A program made the position numbers and the translations under genes. Below the pieces are notes generated by a model, which had not been told where the DNA came from, did not search any database, and worked only from the letters and a program-made list of their open reading frames with translations. A DNA stretch of 64,000 nucleotides from Antedon mediterranea (taxonomy: Eukaryota > Animalia > Echinodermata). The stretch is taken from positions 5,518,001 to 5,582,000 of the forward strand of contig NC_092671.1 in the NCBI RefSeq assembly GCF_964355755.1, given 5' to 3'. Shown here one piece after another: positions 43,601-53,469 of this stretch (position 1 is the first letter of the stretch; the number at the start of each line of letters is the position of its first letter).

Positions 43601-46600
43601 CATCTTACAACGTCATGTTTATTGGATCAGGTATGGACAACTATCAAGATTGAATTTACAGTATTTGTTAATCCGCTTTCCTCACATGCACAGTTTTTTA
43701 GAAATAAATATATATTATTCTCTATTTCTAGAAGAAGGAAAGATACTGAAATTGTTGAAACTGCCAGGCAACGATGTATCTTGTGTTGTTGAAAAGTTTG
43801 ATGCTTTGCCAGTAAGTTATAATAATTATAATATCAGTTTTTATATTAAGCCCAAAAACAAACTACAAGCTACACTATCAAACTTTATGTGCCAAAAAAA
43901 TGTGATATACTCATATACGGACACGATGACATCATATCACTACCATATTTAGGCACATCACACTTTTTTTGTCAAACTAGTTTGATAGTGTAAACAAAGC
44001 TTTAGAAGACTATACACACATATCATTTTTATAGAAATCATGAATATATAATAATGTATAGCTATTGTAAAACAGTAAATAGTTATTTAATTATTTATTT
44101 TCTTTGCTTTCAGGCTGGTAATAATGAAGCAATTAAAATTCTAAGGATTTCAAAGAAAAAGGTATGGCATACCGTTATTTTTACCAAAATAATAAAGCAC
44201 AAACTTATTTATATTCCAAAAATAAATGAAAAGGTTTGCAATAGAAAGAACACAGTATCTGAACTTTATATTGAACATAGTAAGGCTCAGTTGCTATCGT
44301 TACTGCTTTCTAAAAATATGTTTGTACTTAAAGTAAAATTTATGCTTACCCCCCAACCCTTACCCAGGAGAAACATTAAATATGGAGATAGTATTTTATG
44401 CGGGCCACCCCAGAGATGAACGAGGAATGTTGTTACATATTGCATCGTTTTATCATTGTAAATAATGTAGTAAAGTACATTTAATTTGAACTTTATCTAC
44501 ATTGTAATACAAATCGGACCTTTTCCAATTATACATTTTCAGAGTATCAGGCATAAGGAGGTATTTTATAGCAAATTAAAAGATAAAAGAAAGCTACTGT
44601 GAATTGCCTATATGGCGCATTGGTACACCATAGACAACTACAAACAGCTTGTACAACCCAGCTACTGAGATTGCCTTCCATAGCCATCATAACCCATTTG
44701 CCATGTGATATTTAAGCTTAAGTCCAACTATCATTTTCTAACCCTAACTCCTGCAATTGCATCAGGGAGGGATTATCTAGGTACCTGTACAGTTTTTCTA
44801 TTGGGAAATTTTCCTTGCCAATAAATCCATTCTAGGCATAACAATAGTTGTCATTTAGGTAAGTTTGAACTAGGTGATCAGATTCAGCGTCGTACAAGTT
44901 TAACCCACTTTCTAACATTTTATCCCCATGTGTTTTAACCCTATTGTTATCCAATAAAATAACTTTTTGTTTGCTGTTTTTTTTTAGGGTGTACTTTTTG
45001 TTGGAACAAACAGTCAAATAATCCAAGTTCCTGTCCATCGATGTGATAGATTTTTAACTCAAAGGTATTTACCAATAATTCATATGCCATACAATATTTT
45101 AACGGTTTATGGCTGGGTAATCTTAGTGAAATTTTAGTTCATATATGAAACATTTTATGATTAGTTTACAATACCCTGGCATGTCCAAAGCCTAAGCCTC
45201 TTACTACTTGGGCTTATGTATTTTATGTATATTTTTCAGTGATTGTATCGATGCGAAAGACCCATATTGTGGCTGGGATCGTAAGAAAGGCATGTGCACT
45301 ACCTTTACTGACAGGTACAAATATTTTAACTATATTTTTTATAATTTAAAAATTTAAATGTTAATTGGTAATATAATAGTTTTCCCTTATGAATCTGTAG
45401 CTCTCTCCAAACCTCTGTTAAATTCAATTATTCCATAATAATTTAATTAACAAACCCAACACTCCCAGTTGGTTGGCTCCCACCTGAACTTATGTCATGT
45501 TTATCAACCAGTTTAAAATAATGGTAGCAATAATTGTTTGGTAACACAAATTATTGAATTGACAAATAACAATGCTGTGGATAACAGCGACTGAATTTCA
45601 AATTAAATTTCAGATTTAAATAGATAAGCTAAATAAGCAAAAACCTAACAAAGACAACCAGAGATAAATGCTAAAGCTCTGTCTACACTATCAAAAAAGT
45701 GTGATGTGTCCAAATATATAATAATAATAATACCACATTTATATAGCGCCCTTTTCATGAGTAATCAAGCTCAAGGGCGCTTTACAAGCATTATTACCCC
45801 AGTATTTTTTGGGATCAAACACGTATGGAAACATACTCCCATAATGCAGCCGGTAACCAGCGCAAAGTTGTGTCTAGATCTAACTGGGTACCCATTTATA
45901 CACCTGGGTTGAGAGAGGCAACGTAAGTAAAGTATCTTGCCTACGGATACAAGCAATGCGGCGAGAGTTGGATTCGAACCTAGGTCTGACGATCGGTAGT
46001 CCAACGTCCAACACACTGCGCCACACGCCCTTACTGGGCGGTAGTGATATGCCCAAATATGGTAGTGATGGATAAGTAAGCATGTGAGCTACAGCGATTT
46101 CCACCTGTCTTGTTTTTGTTACCTATGTTTTAAATGTATTTCGATTTTAAAGGCTAAATAAAGAATGAATGAATATATGAAAGTTTTTTGTCACATAACA
46201 TTTGATAGTGTATACAGAGCTTTAGTTTCTGGACATCACTGTTCATTGGTTAATGAGAGTACTTTGAAGTATTAGTTTGTTATAGTATTCAATGATTTAA
46301 TATAAAATGTTTATTAATTATAGTAAGGATAAGCTTCAATCAAACCATTAATTATATTTAATTGAGTACAATGCATATGAATGCTTTATTAATTGCAACA
46401 TTAATCTAATTTCCCTTTTTATTTAACTAATTAGTTTTAGTTTATCACGATGGCTACAAGTTATTGACAGTTGTCCTGTACAGCACAGTATTGCAGGTAA
46501 GTTATCAAAATAACAAATTACTTCTGATTACAACTAAAGATTGACATCTTAGCCTTCATTTTAAAATCAATTTATTATTTTTCACTTTGATTAAAGTTTT

Positions 46601-49600
46601 GTAAGTTGTTTATTGCTTTTACATATTGATTAATTAAAAATTTACAGTTAAAACTACATTCTGTTTCATGAGGTTGTCCTTAATCCTCAAGGGCTAATCT
46701 CTAAATATACAATCAAGTAACTAACAATAACATGATAAGGCGGTGACAGGACTGGTTTAGGATACTCACTTATCAATAATTAAAAAATGTTAAAAACAAA
46801 CAAAAATATAAAAAGTCATCCTTAGTAATGTTAATATAAACAGATGGCAGTTTTAAAATAACTACATTGTATGTAAATATAGCGAAAGTAAACCTTTTTT
46901 TTTTAATATCATAAAATGCATGTATTGTTGTAAACAAACTACAGCCAAAAGTAAAAGTTTTTGTTGGATTAGACATTTCAGGTTGAATTACAGGAAACAC
47001 TGAGTCATATATAAATTTAAACAGAAATATTATAAGTATAAAACGTTAACATGACATACTCGTAGCAATTGTTGCCTGCCACTCCGCCAAGTTCATGCAA
47101 CTCTTGATGCAGCTGTTCGTAACCCACAGATCATAATCTCGCCATCCAAAGTCAAAAGTACTTCTTTATAACATGTATACAAAGAAGCTGTACAATATCT
47201 TATTGTATTCAGCAATTTTCACTTATTTTGTAACAGTCGATGGAGGTTATGGTCCGTGGTTGCCATGGGTGCCGTGTAAAAGCCCCATAGGAAAGGAACG
47301 TTGCTTCTGTCGGAAACGGGAATGTGATTCACCGAAGCCACAAAATGGCGGACGAGGCTGTGGTGGGGATTTGATACAGGTGGCTAATTGTTCAGGTGAG
47401 TTATGGGTTTTTTAAATGTTATGTTAGGTAATATTAAATTTAGATGTATAATTGATTTATTAAACTATGAGGAGTAAAATAAAAAAAAAGCCTGTGATAG
47501 GCAGCCTATACATTAACTGTATAGGCAATTCCTGAATATGGCAAGCCGACTATTATGTAAGCACACGAAATTAGGTCATGTGTTTGTTGGCATTACCTTT
47601 ATTTAGCCTCCTCCTACCTCTGTTACACTAGTGAGTCAGGCTACCACTAAGATCCTCTTATTCAGGGATAAAAGCAAGTGCCAAGAAGCTGCGGGTAGCA
47701 AGATCTCTAACTTATCTTAGAGGCTTCTTAGTTTGTGTGCTAATTGATTTATAGAAACTGAGAGATTATTTATGGTTACCAAATATGTGATATCCAGCAA
47801 AACAATTTTTTTTAGGATGGCTCTATTTATCTTTACAGAATTAAGATATAGAAAAATGATAAATTACAATTTTCCTTCATAAATTCTAAGATAATTTTTA
47901 TCTTAATATATAGATTATGATCCAATGTCAACTGTCAATGCTTTATAAGTTTGCAATTTAATGTCTTTTATTAGATAGTGTGAGACACTTTTTAACAACT
48001 TTATCATACTTCATTCGTTAAAGGAAATATTATATGTTTTACCATGAATTATAATTACTGTTGACAACAAATATTAATTGAATTAAGTCCCGTTGGGAAA
48101 TAGAAAAAAAAATGTTCCCCCTCTGGATTATTTGAATGTGCCAAGAGCAGTGAAGGTATTGTCAATTTTTCAATATGTATTCAGTAGTTTAACATATATT
48201 ATTTTACAATTTAGAATAATTGATTTCTTTAGCAGTTGTATTTAGTAATACAGTAGAACCATTCCCACCCTTGTAAAAGCATTCCATAAAATTTATTTTT
48301 TTGGCTTTGACACTCCATTTTGGTCCTAAAGGCCAATTTACACAGACAAATCTGTATCTATCCTGAGCAGAAACTTCCCGTCAGCTCTGGGATAGTGTAA
48401 ATGGTCATAAGGAATATTACATAGATTCTATATTTTTATTACGGTTAACTCACGTCTGTGTAAACTGGCCTTAAGGGTGAGAACATAATGATCATATTCA
48501 AATTTATTGTTTTCTTCATAAAGATTTTTAATAATGCTAAATATTGGTTTGAATTGCCTATATTTGGTAGATTTAGATGTTAAAATTTGTCAAGCGGTTT
48601 ATTTTTATTTAAATGTTTAATCCCGTAGGGCACTGGGAGGAGTGGAGTAGCTGGGGAAATTGCTCCTCCGATTGTGGAATCGGTCTTCAGAAAAGAACAC
48701 GCAAGTGTATCGGATCAGAAATCTGTTTTGGAAATTCTTCTGAATCCAGAGAATGCAATCTAGCCCCATGTAAAAGTGAGTTTAAAATGATTAAATATAA
48801 CTTTGTTAATTTACTAGAAAGTTGTTTGTAGAATTATTTTAGACACAAATATACGAACTGGCTGAGCTAACTGGCATCAGGGATGTTACTGTTCACGACA
48901 ATGAAAATCATTTTTGGATCACAGTAAGCTTGAAAGTTTAACTCCTTTTAACTCCTCCTCAATTGAATAACAGATATAAAGAAAGCCTACCATTGGACAC
49001 CATGGACCATCAAGAATTTAACCACAGATGGCTACGTGCTTCATCGATCTCGTGTTGCCTGCCGGGCTAATGTGGAGTCAACAAGTTTGATAAGGATAAC
49101 GCAAAGGAGAGAACAAACCCAGGAGTGTTCATTTAATGACGCTAGTTCATGTTGGCCAGATTCAGGTGAGTTGGTATCTAATAGTGTGTTTTGTAGTCAA
49201 TGGTGGTGGTGCTTTTTTTGGTAATAGTGATAGTTGTCGTGATGGTTTCAAAGATGATGGTGGTGGAGTCAGAGTGATGGTTGTGGTGCTGGTAATATGG
49301 TACTGATGGTGGTGTAGTTAGAGCTGAGTGATGGTTGTCTTGATGATAGTATGGTACATGGTGGTGGAGTTAGAGGTTTTTTCTCTTTAGTAATAGGGTG
49401 GAGTTAGAGCTTGTTGTTGTGGTGGTGGTGGTGGTGGTGGTAGTCTAATTCTGACGCTAGTAGAATTTAAGTGATTTGTGGTTTGGTACTAATGGTTGTA
49501 AAGTAAGAGTGATGGTTGTAGTGACATTGGTTTTTGTGATAGCTAAGCTCTTGAGTAATAGTTCTTGTGTAGTGTTGTAATGTGTTCATAATGCTTCTGG

Positions 49601-52600
49601 TGGTGGTGATGGTAAGGGTGATGTATTATGATTAAATTGCTTTTGATAATATGAAGTGATTTTTAGATATTAAAAATAAACTACAGTATATTTACGAATA
49701 TACTTTTTTACTTTTTAATTCCAAAGAATATTTTGGGGGATACACAAACTGGTCACCTTGGCTACCTTGCACCAAGACCTGTGACTGGGGCGTTCAAATG
49801 AGGTATCGAAGCTGCATACCAGGACACAAGTTATGCAAGTCAGGGCAGCATCAGCAAAAGACCTGCAAAATTGCAGAATGCCCAGGTAACAATAAACATA
49901 GATATCATATACAAGATTGTTATACAGTACTACAGCTTATATTAAATTTACACTTGGGTGATTATATTGTTCCTTTTGTATTAACAACACACACTCGACT
50001 ACAGTTTAATATTAAAATAATAGTAATTAATAATAATACACTATATTTTAGAAGTATTAGGCCAGAGAAAATGTTGGTGCTGGTTTGGTGTCTATTACTA
50101 AATTCGTGAATTGCGTTATTGCATTTTTATGAATACTAATTCTTTCACTACTACCACCTCATCACAAACAAAGACTGTTTTTTTTTTTAAAGTAATCAAA
50201 TTATGTCTGAATTCTTCCAAGAACTTTACTGATAACTACCATTTTCTACCTAAATATTTGGCAACACTCATAATTAAATCATTCATTCATGAATAATTTC
50301 TGCAGTGACTGTTTCATCATTATTTAAAATTTGGCCAATGTTAGTCACTTGACACACAAGTCAACTGGCCACTATTTATAACTATGATTAACTTGTCCTT
50401 CGGCTGTTGACTTAAATCTCTGGTGTGTATATTCTTTTTTTTTTTACTGGAAGTCCAGATCAAATCTAAAACTAAATATGATTCCTGCAGGAAATTGGGG
50501 ATAGGGTAAGGTGTGTGGGCGGTAGAGCTGGTATCTAAATTCATCTTCCATTTTGTTCCAAGATCAAGATTTTGGTTTGTCCATTACACACTCCTCTTCT
50601 CTATAGTGTAAGGAACCAATTTAATTACTGCAAACATTTGTCAACAGAAAAGCTTAAACTATAAAAGATAAAAAGATAATGACGATTAAAATGATGATGT
50701 TACTTATTTACTTAACAGTAAAAGGCCAGTGGAACTGCTGGACTGCTTGGAGCGAATGCTCTGCTACTTGTGGCCCCGGTGTACAACACAGATATCGCAC
50801 ATGCACTAACCCTCCCCCTGCTTTTAAGGGGTCACTATGTGTGGGTGACAACTCACAAGTGCAGCAATGTCAACTGAAGGAATGTCCAGGTACGATGGTG
50901 TACTAACTCTTAATACTAATTTATTATTATAAATTATTATTTTTTTATATAAATTTTTTTAAGACACCACAATCTAAAGCATGTCAAATGGCCAAGCAGT
51001 TTACTGTACAATTGTACAATACAATATTGGCATGGGTTTAGACTCGCTTTTAGTTCTGGTGGAGGAGCAACTCTACTCGGAAAAGGACTATACCGTAGGT
51101 CCAGTGTACACAGTTTTAAGCTTTGTTCACTTTAAAGAACCCAGTTCATCATTCGAGATGAGTAGGGGGTTACCCCGGTGAACTGGTTCACAAAATAACC
51201 CCTGTATTAGGGGGATTACCACCTATCTGATAAGACTATTTGTAATCCTTGGCCAAATGTGCCTAAAGACAAATTGAATTTGTTAACGACCGATGTTTAT
51301 GATATTCATTTTAGAAAAGTAAAATATGTTTTCTAAACAATAATAACAGTCTTAAATGCTTTGGTAAATTAAGGTTTTTGGCATTTGGTATTAATGATAT
51401 TAATTTGGTATTAAGGATGATTTTTATGGTGAATTTGTAAATTAATATGAATTATAACACATTTAAGTGTATCCTAATTGCCATTTTATTATCCACTAAT
51501 AAACATATTATTTGTATATTGTTATCACATATTTAAACAGGAATTTGATTGATATGTGCTGTCATTATTTGTATTAATGATGATAATTAAGTTGAATTTT
51601 TTTTTAATTATTACTTATAATTCTTTAATTCATTTGTTCACTTACTCATTTAATTAATCAGTGATTTATTTTGTCAATTATTTTTTTTTTAATTACATTA
51701 TTACTTCATTCATTCACTTATTCATCCATCCATTCATTCATGATTGTTTTTTTTTTATGAAATGTAAGAACAGAAAAACATGTATGTAGTTTTTATCATG
51801 TTTTTGATGTTTTGAGATTACTATCATTTAGTTTACAATGGATGGAAGAATTGGGGAGATTGGTCTAATTGCCGGAACAACCGTCGACACCGCGCTCGTC
51901 GCTGTGATTTCTTGTTCCCAGTGAATGGCATGTGCTCGGGATGCGGCAAAGAAGTTGAGTTTTGTGGGAAAGATATACGCGATTTCAAGCTCGTGGCAGG
52001 TACGAACAGGTTGACATTAGGTGAGGTCAGGTTGTAAAGAGTTCAAAATAGAATTAGAGAAGATAGAATAGAAGATTTTGTGTTGTTTGCAACTAACACA
52101 ACATAATCAATCAAGTATTGTGTGATTGTCGTATGATGATAGAGGTGAAGTCCATCATGATATAGTTGGCTTGGTATCTAACATAACCTGGTACAGATTC
52201 TGATGTGTACAATTTTGTTGTATGTTCTTTAATAGTTATATTTAGTTTAGCATTTAACTATTAAACATTCTTTATTAATATTTGGATTTTTAATATAATA
52301 AATTACAGTAGAACCCCTATTTAAGGGGACACTTTGGGACCCAACAAAATGTCCCCTTAATAGGCGTGTCTCCTTAATAGGCGTGTCTCCTTAATAGGCG
52401 GGTCCCAAAGGAAAGGGTTCTACTACTATAACCTATATAACTGTAGAACATTTACAATATAACTATTGTAGTTTAAATTATACAGTAGCTTTATATGCAA
52501 TGTAGAATAGACATATTATTACTTTCAGTCGACATTTTAAACCCTGTCTACACTATCAAACTTTATGTGACAAAAAAAATTTGATGTACCCATATATGGA

Positions 52601-53463
52601 CATGACGATGTCATATCACTACCATATGTGGCATATCACTTCCATATTTGGGCACATTTTTGTTACATAAAGTTTGATAGTGTAGTCAGAGCTTAAGACT
52701 TGTTACTAATATAATAAGAATGATTAAATCTTGTTCAAATAATAATTCACCATTCCATCAAGAAGCCACTGACAGGTCAGGGTAACAGTGCAATTTGGTG
52801 ACATTGACAATGAATCAGATATGAGTAATATGTGTTAATTTAATTTCAATTTTGACAAATCATTGAAAATATAAACTAAAGTGACTTACAGGGTTGCACT
52901 CTTTTAAAACAAATTGCTTCTGTCATCAAATACTCCCCCCAAATTTTTGAACGGACAAATCTTTTAGAAGAGATAAAAATCCAATTAAAGAAGGTATAAA
53001 CATGCTCTGGGTGAATTTATCGACCTTTGTACAGTTATCGACTGTTGTACAAATTAAAAAACTTTTTTTGTGTGCTGTTGTTCCTTTTTTACGCCAATTA
53101 TCACATATTATTTGCGAGAATCTCACCATTTTAATTTTTATCATAACAGGAAGTGCGAAAGCCTCTCCTAGTGGATACAACTTAGACGACGCAGAAGAAG
53201 ACTGTGCGGAAAAAGCAAAGATGGAACGTGTTTACATAGTGATGGTTGCCATGGGATCAGCGATAGCTGGGGCTGTTGTCTGCTTAACTGTTCTATCATC
53301 ATATAACAAACACAAGACGAGTTCATTAGATAGTGAGCTCGAAGACACGTCCGAGTCATTTGTTACCGAGTTTGACCTCGACGGGTACTCGGATAAAAAA
53401 TCAACGGACAGTGATGTGTCTTCTGGTGCTAAATCAAAAGTATGCTGCTCGCCGAAGCGTTGA
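22508..53463 (+). CDS. SEMA5: Semaphorin-5 (Sema + PSI + 6 TSP1 + TM), 24 coding exons in window, 5' exon(s) missing
   Basis: Manual splicing gives a continuous frame with Sema motifs (LIVGA, CGNFIRVLL, VCGTYAFAPRC, GVAKCPYNP, YFFFRE, YSRVARICKND, WTTFTKARINCS), PSI (DPYCGWD), TSP1 repeats (WxxWxxCSxxCG) and a TM helix; all introns GT-AG with matching phases. Confidence 0.95.
26962..27007 (+). CDS. SEMA5: Sema5 exon b: DSLLQLNASDLSDIH
   Basis: polypyrimidine tract plus cag, gtaagt donor, phase fits both neighbours. Confidence 0.85.
30077..30139 (+). CDS. SEMA5: Sema5 exon c: IVDWSVDRSTKDVCRSKGEST
   Basis: W...CxxKG Sema motif, cag/gtaagt. Confidence 0.9.
30336..31004. mobile_element. Tc1/mariner-like MITE interrupted by a nested element
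   Basis: ta-tggtagaacccctattaagggaacac ... gtgtccctttaatagg...ggggttggctg-ta. Confidence 0.6.
30370..30947. mobile_element. hAT-like non-autonomous element
   Basis: TIR CAGAGCCATAT / ATATGGCTCTG, 8-bp TSD CTTTGGAC / CTTTGGAA. Confidence 0.7.
31282..31380 (+). CDS. SEMA5: Sema5 exon d: ENCGNFIRVLLIQGTSVFVCGTYAFAPRCAWRN
   Basis: canonical Sema motif, cag/gtgagt. Confidence 0.95.
32039..32252 (+). CDS. SEMA5: Sema5 exon e: ANDITRSLGQVSGVAKCPYNPQHNNTA...YNSKWLS
   Basis: GxAKCPYNP and SKWL motifs, tag/gtgagt. Confidence 0.95.
33194..33311. mobile_element. MITE, AGCTCTGTCTACACTATCAAAC family
   Basis: TIR match, internal ccaaatatggtagtgatatg repeats. Confidence 0.75.
35334..35422 (+). CDS. SEMA5: Sema5 exon f: EPNFVSSYEIGPFIYFFFRESAIEDSSCGK
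   Basis: EPNFV and YFFFRE motifs, cag/gtcagt. Confidence 0.95.
37290..37322 (+). CDS. SEMA5: Sema5 exon g (33 nt): SVYSRVARICK
   Basis: YSRVARxCK motif, cag/gtaatg. Confidence 0.92.
37672..37780 (+). CDS. SEMA5: Sema5 exon h: NDVGGEYILDDLWTTFTKARINCSLPDSFPFYFNDL
   Basis: WTTFxKARxNCS and FYFN motifs, tag/gtaagt. Confidence 0.95.
37990..38111. mobile_element. MITE, AGCTCTGTCTACACTATCAAAC family (Harbinger-type)
   Basis: perfect 22-bp TIR, TTA on both flanks. Confidence 0.88.
40869..40926 (+). CDS. SEMA5: Sema5 exon i: STHYIPEKGVIYGVFTTN
   Basis: IYGVFTT motif, cag/gtac. Confidence 0.92.
41163..41298 (+). CDS. SEMA5: Sema5 exon j: YSISGSAICRYHLSDLEDAFSSDYRYQHKSRSSWIIKKNSKPNFV
   Basis: GSAIC motif, tag/gtaagt (an alternative in-frame AG lies 6 nt downstream). 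Confidence 0.9.
41447..41677 (+). repeat. Tandem duplication, 2 x 116 bp
   Basis: ttgtac(t/c)tgggccagtagcctac...gtatttgctca repeated with about 2 mismatches. Confidence 0.9.
42655..42800 (-). mobile_element. tRNA(Gly)-like SINE (family B)
   Basis: reverse complement of 2510-2640. Confidence 0.6.
42889..43037 (+). CDS. SEMA5: Sema5 exon k: CQQRGKRGDSTISELTIRKLSEASKYQLMEKAVQPTEKRPLFIEKDTTD
   Basis: LMxxAVQP motif, cag/gttggt. Confidence 0.92.
43560..43630 (+). CDS. SEMA5: Sema5 exon l: LTQIAVDVVKTKNSSYNVMFIGS
   Basis: IAVD...VMFIG motif, tag/gtatgg. Confidence 0.92.
43732..43811 (+). CDS. SEMA5: Sema5 exon m: EGKILKLLKLPGNDVSCVVEKFDALP
   Basis: GxILK motif, tag/gtaagt. Confidence 0.9.
43867..44001. 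mobile_element. MITE, AGCTCTGTCTACACTATCAAAC family (degenerate)
   Basis: ctacactatcaaac...gtttgatagtgtaaacaaagct. Confidence 0.75.
44114..44161 (+). CDS. SEMA5: Sema5 exon n: AGNNEAIKILRISKKK
   Basis: cag/gtatgg, phase 0/0 fits neighbours. Confidence 0.85.
44988..45064 (+). CDS. SEMA5: Sema5 exon o: GVLFVGTNSQIIQVPVHRCDRFLTQ
   Basis: end of Sema domain and start of PSI, tag/gtattt. Confidence 0.9.
45240..45314 (+). CDS. SEMA5: Sema5 exon p (PSI): DCIDAKDPYCGWDRKKGMCTTFTD
   Basis: DPYCGW PSI signature, cag/gtacaa. Confidence 0.95.
45675..46221. mobile_element. MITE, AGCTCTGTCTACACTATCAAAC family, with nested insertions
   Basis: both TIRs present, TAA/TTA flanks, interrupted by a SINE and a LINE-like tail. 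Confidence 0.8.
45718..46031 (-). mobile_element. Full-length tRNA-derived SINE (family A)
   Basis: minus strand A box TGGCGCAGTGTG, B box GGTTCGAATCC, core cccaggtgtataaatgggtacc, LINE-like tail gcgctatataaat and (ATT)n. Confidence 0.88.
46441..46496 (+). CDS. SEMA5: Sema5 exon q: LSRWLQVIDSCPVQHSIA
   Basis: WxQ...CP end of PSI, tag/gtaagt. Confidence 0.88.
47237..47395 (+). CDS. SEMA5: Sema5 TSP1 repeat 1 exon: VDGGYGPWLPWVPC...CFCRKRECDSPKPQNGG...VANCS
   Basis: Sema5-type first TSP1 repeat, phase 1-1, cag/gtgagt. Confidence 0.95.
48330..48471. mobile_element. Harbinger-type MITE (AGGCCAATTTACACAGAC family)
   Basis: TIR aggccaatttacacagac / gtctgtgtaaactggcct, TAA on both flanks; second copy at 62144-62314. 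Confidence 0.82.
48629..48775 (+). CDS. SEMA5: Sema5 TSP1 repeat 2 exon: GHWEEWSSWGNCSSDCGIGLQKRTRKC...CNLAPCK
   Basis: WxxWxxWxxCSxxCG motif, tag/gtgagt. Confidence 0.95.
48974..49165 (+). CDS. SEMA5: Sema5 atypical TSP1 repeat exon: IKKAYHWTPWTIKNLTTDG...ECSFNDASSCWPDS
   Basis: resembles the atypical Sema5 repeat (KKxxxWTPW), cag/gtgagt. Confidence 0.92.
49195..49620 (+). repeat. Degenerate (GGT/GAT)n low-complexity tract
   Basis: GT-rich trinucleotide repeats, pure (GGT)n near 49420-49441. Confidence 0.8.
49727..49885 (+). CDS. SEMA5: Sema5 TSP1 exon: YFGGYTNWSPWLPCTKTCDWGVQMRYRSC...CKIAECP
   Basis: TSP1 motif, aag acceptor, gtaaca donor. Confidence 0.9.
50719..50889 (+). CDS. SEMA5: Sema5 TSP1 exon: VKGQWNCWTAWSECSATCGPGVQHRYRTCTNPPP...KECP
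   Basis: TSP1 motif, cag/gtacga. Confidence 0.95.
51040..51270 (+). mobile_element. SINE remnant with a Deu/Nin-like domain
   Basis: ccgtaggtcc...ttaaagaaccca...ttcgagatgagtagggggttaccccggtg resembles the DeuSINE core as recalled. Confidence 0.55.
51832..51999 (+). CDS. SEMA5: Sema5 last TSP1 exon: YNGWKNWGDWSNCRNNRRHRARRCDFLFPVNGMCSG...
   Basis: resembles the last Sema5 repeat (RARxCxxLFP...CSG), tag/gtacga. Confidence 0.92.
52306..52425. mobile_element. Tc1/mariner-like MITE with internal 17-bp tandem repeat
   Basis: TA-CAGTAGAACCCCT...AGGGTTCTACT, (ccttaataggcgtgtct) repeated about 3 times. Confidence 0.7.
52540..52693. mobile_element. MITE, AGCTCTGTCTACACTATCAAAC family
   Basis: ctgtctacactatcaaactttatgt...acataaagtttgatagtgtagtcagagct. 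Confidence 0.82.
53150..53463 (+). CDS. SEMA5: Sema5 terminal exon: stalk, TM helix (VYIVMVAMGSAIAGAVVCLTVL) and Ser/acidic cytoplasmic tail, TGA stop
   Basis: cag acceptor in phase, hydrophobic helix, stop at 53461-53463. Confidence 0.88.
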
Positions 53464-53469
53464 AATAAA
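53464..53469 (+). promoter_or_regulatory. Candidate polyadenylation signal AATAAA
   Basis: immediately after the Sema5 stop; other AATAAA occur further downstream in AT-rich DNA, so usage is uncertain. Confidence 0.3.

Noticed and set aside
45955-46031. tRNA gene
   Set aside because: A and B boxes are present but run into a SINE body and (ATT)n tail, with decayed copies elsewhere; this is a SINE head
47066-47160. GC-richer segment after tcgtag as a cassette exon
   Set aside because: The phase-compatible frame hits TAA and there is no TSP1 signature
53002-53149. Hydrophobic N-terminal part of ORF 53002-53463 as a separate membrane protein
   Set aside because: Intron read-through; the true exon starts at the 53150 acceptor, in phase with the previous exon
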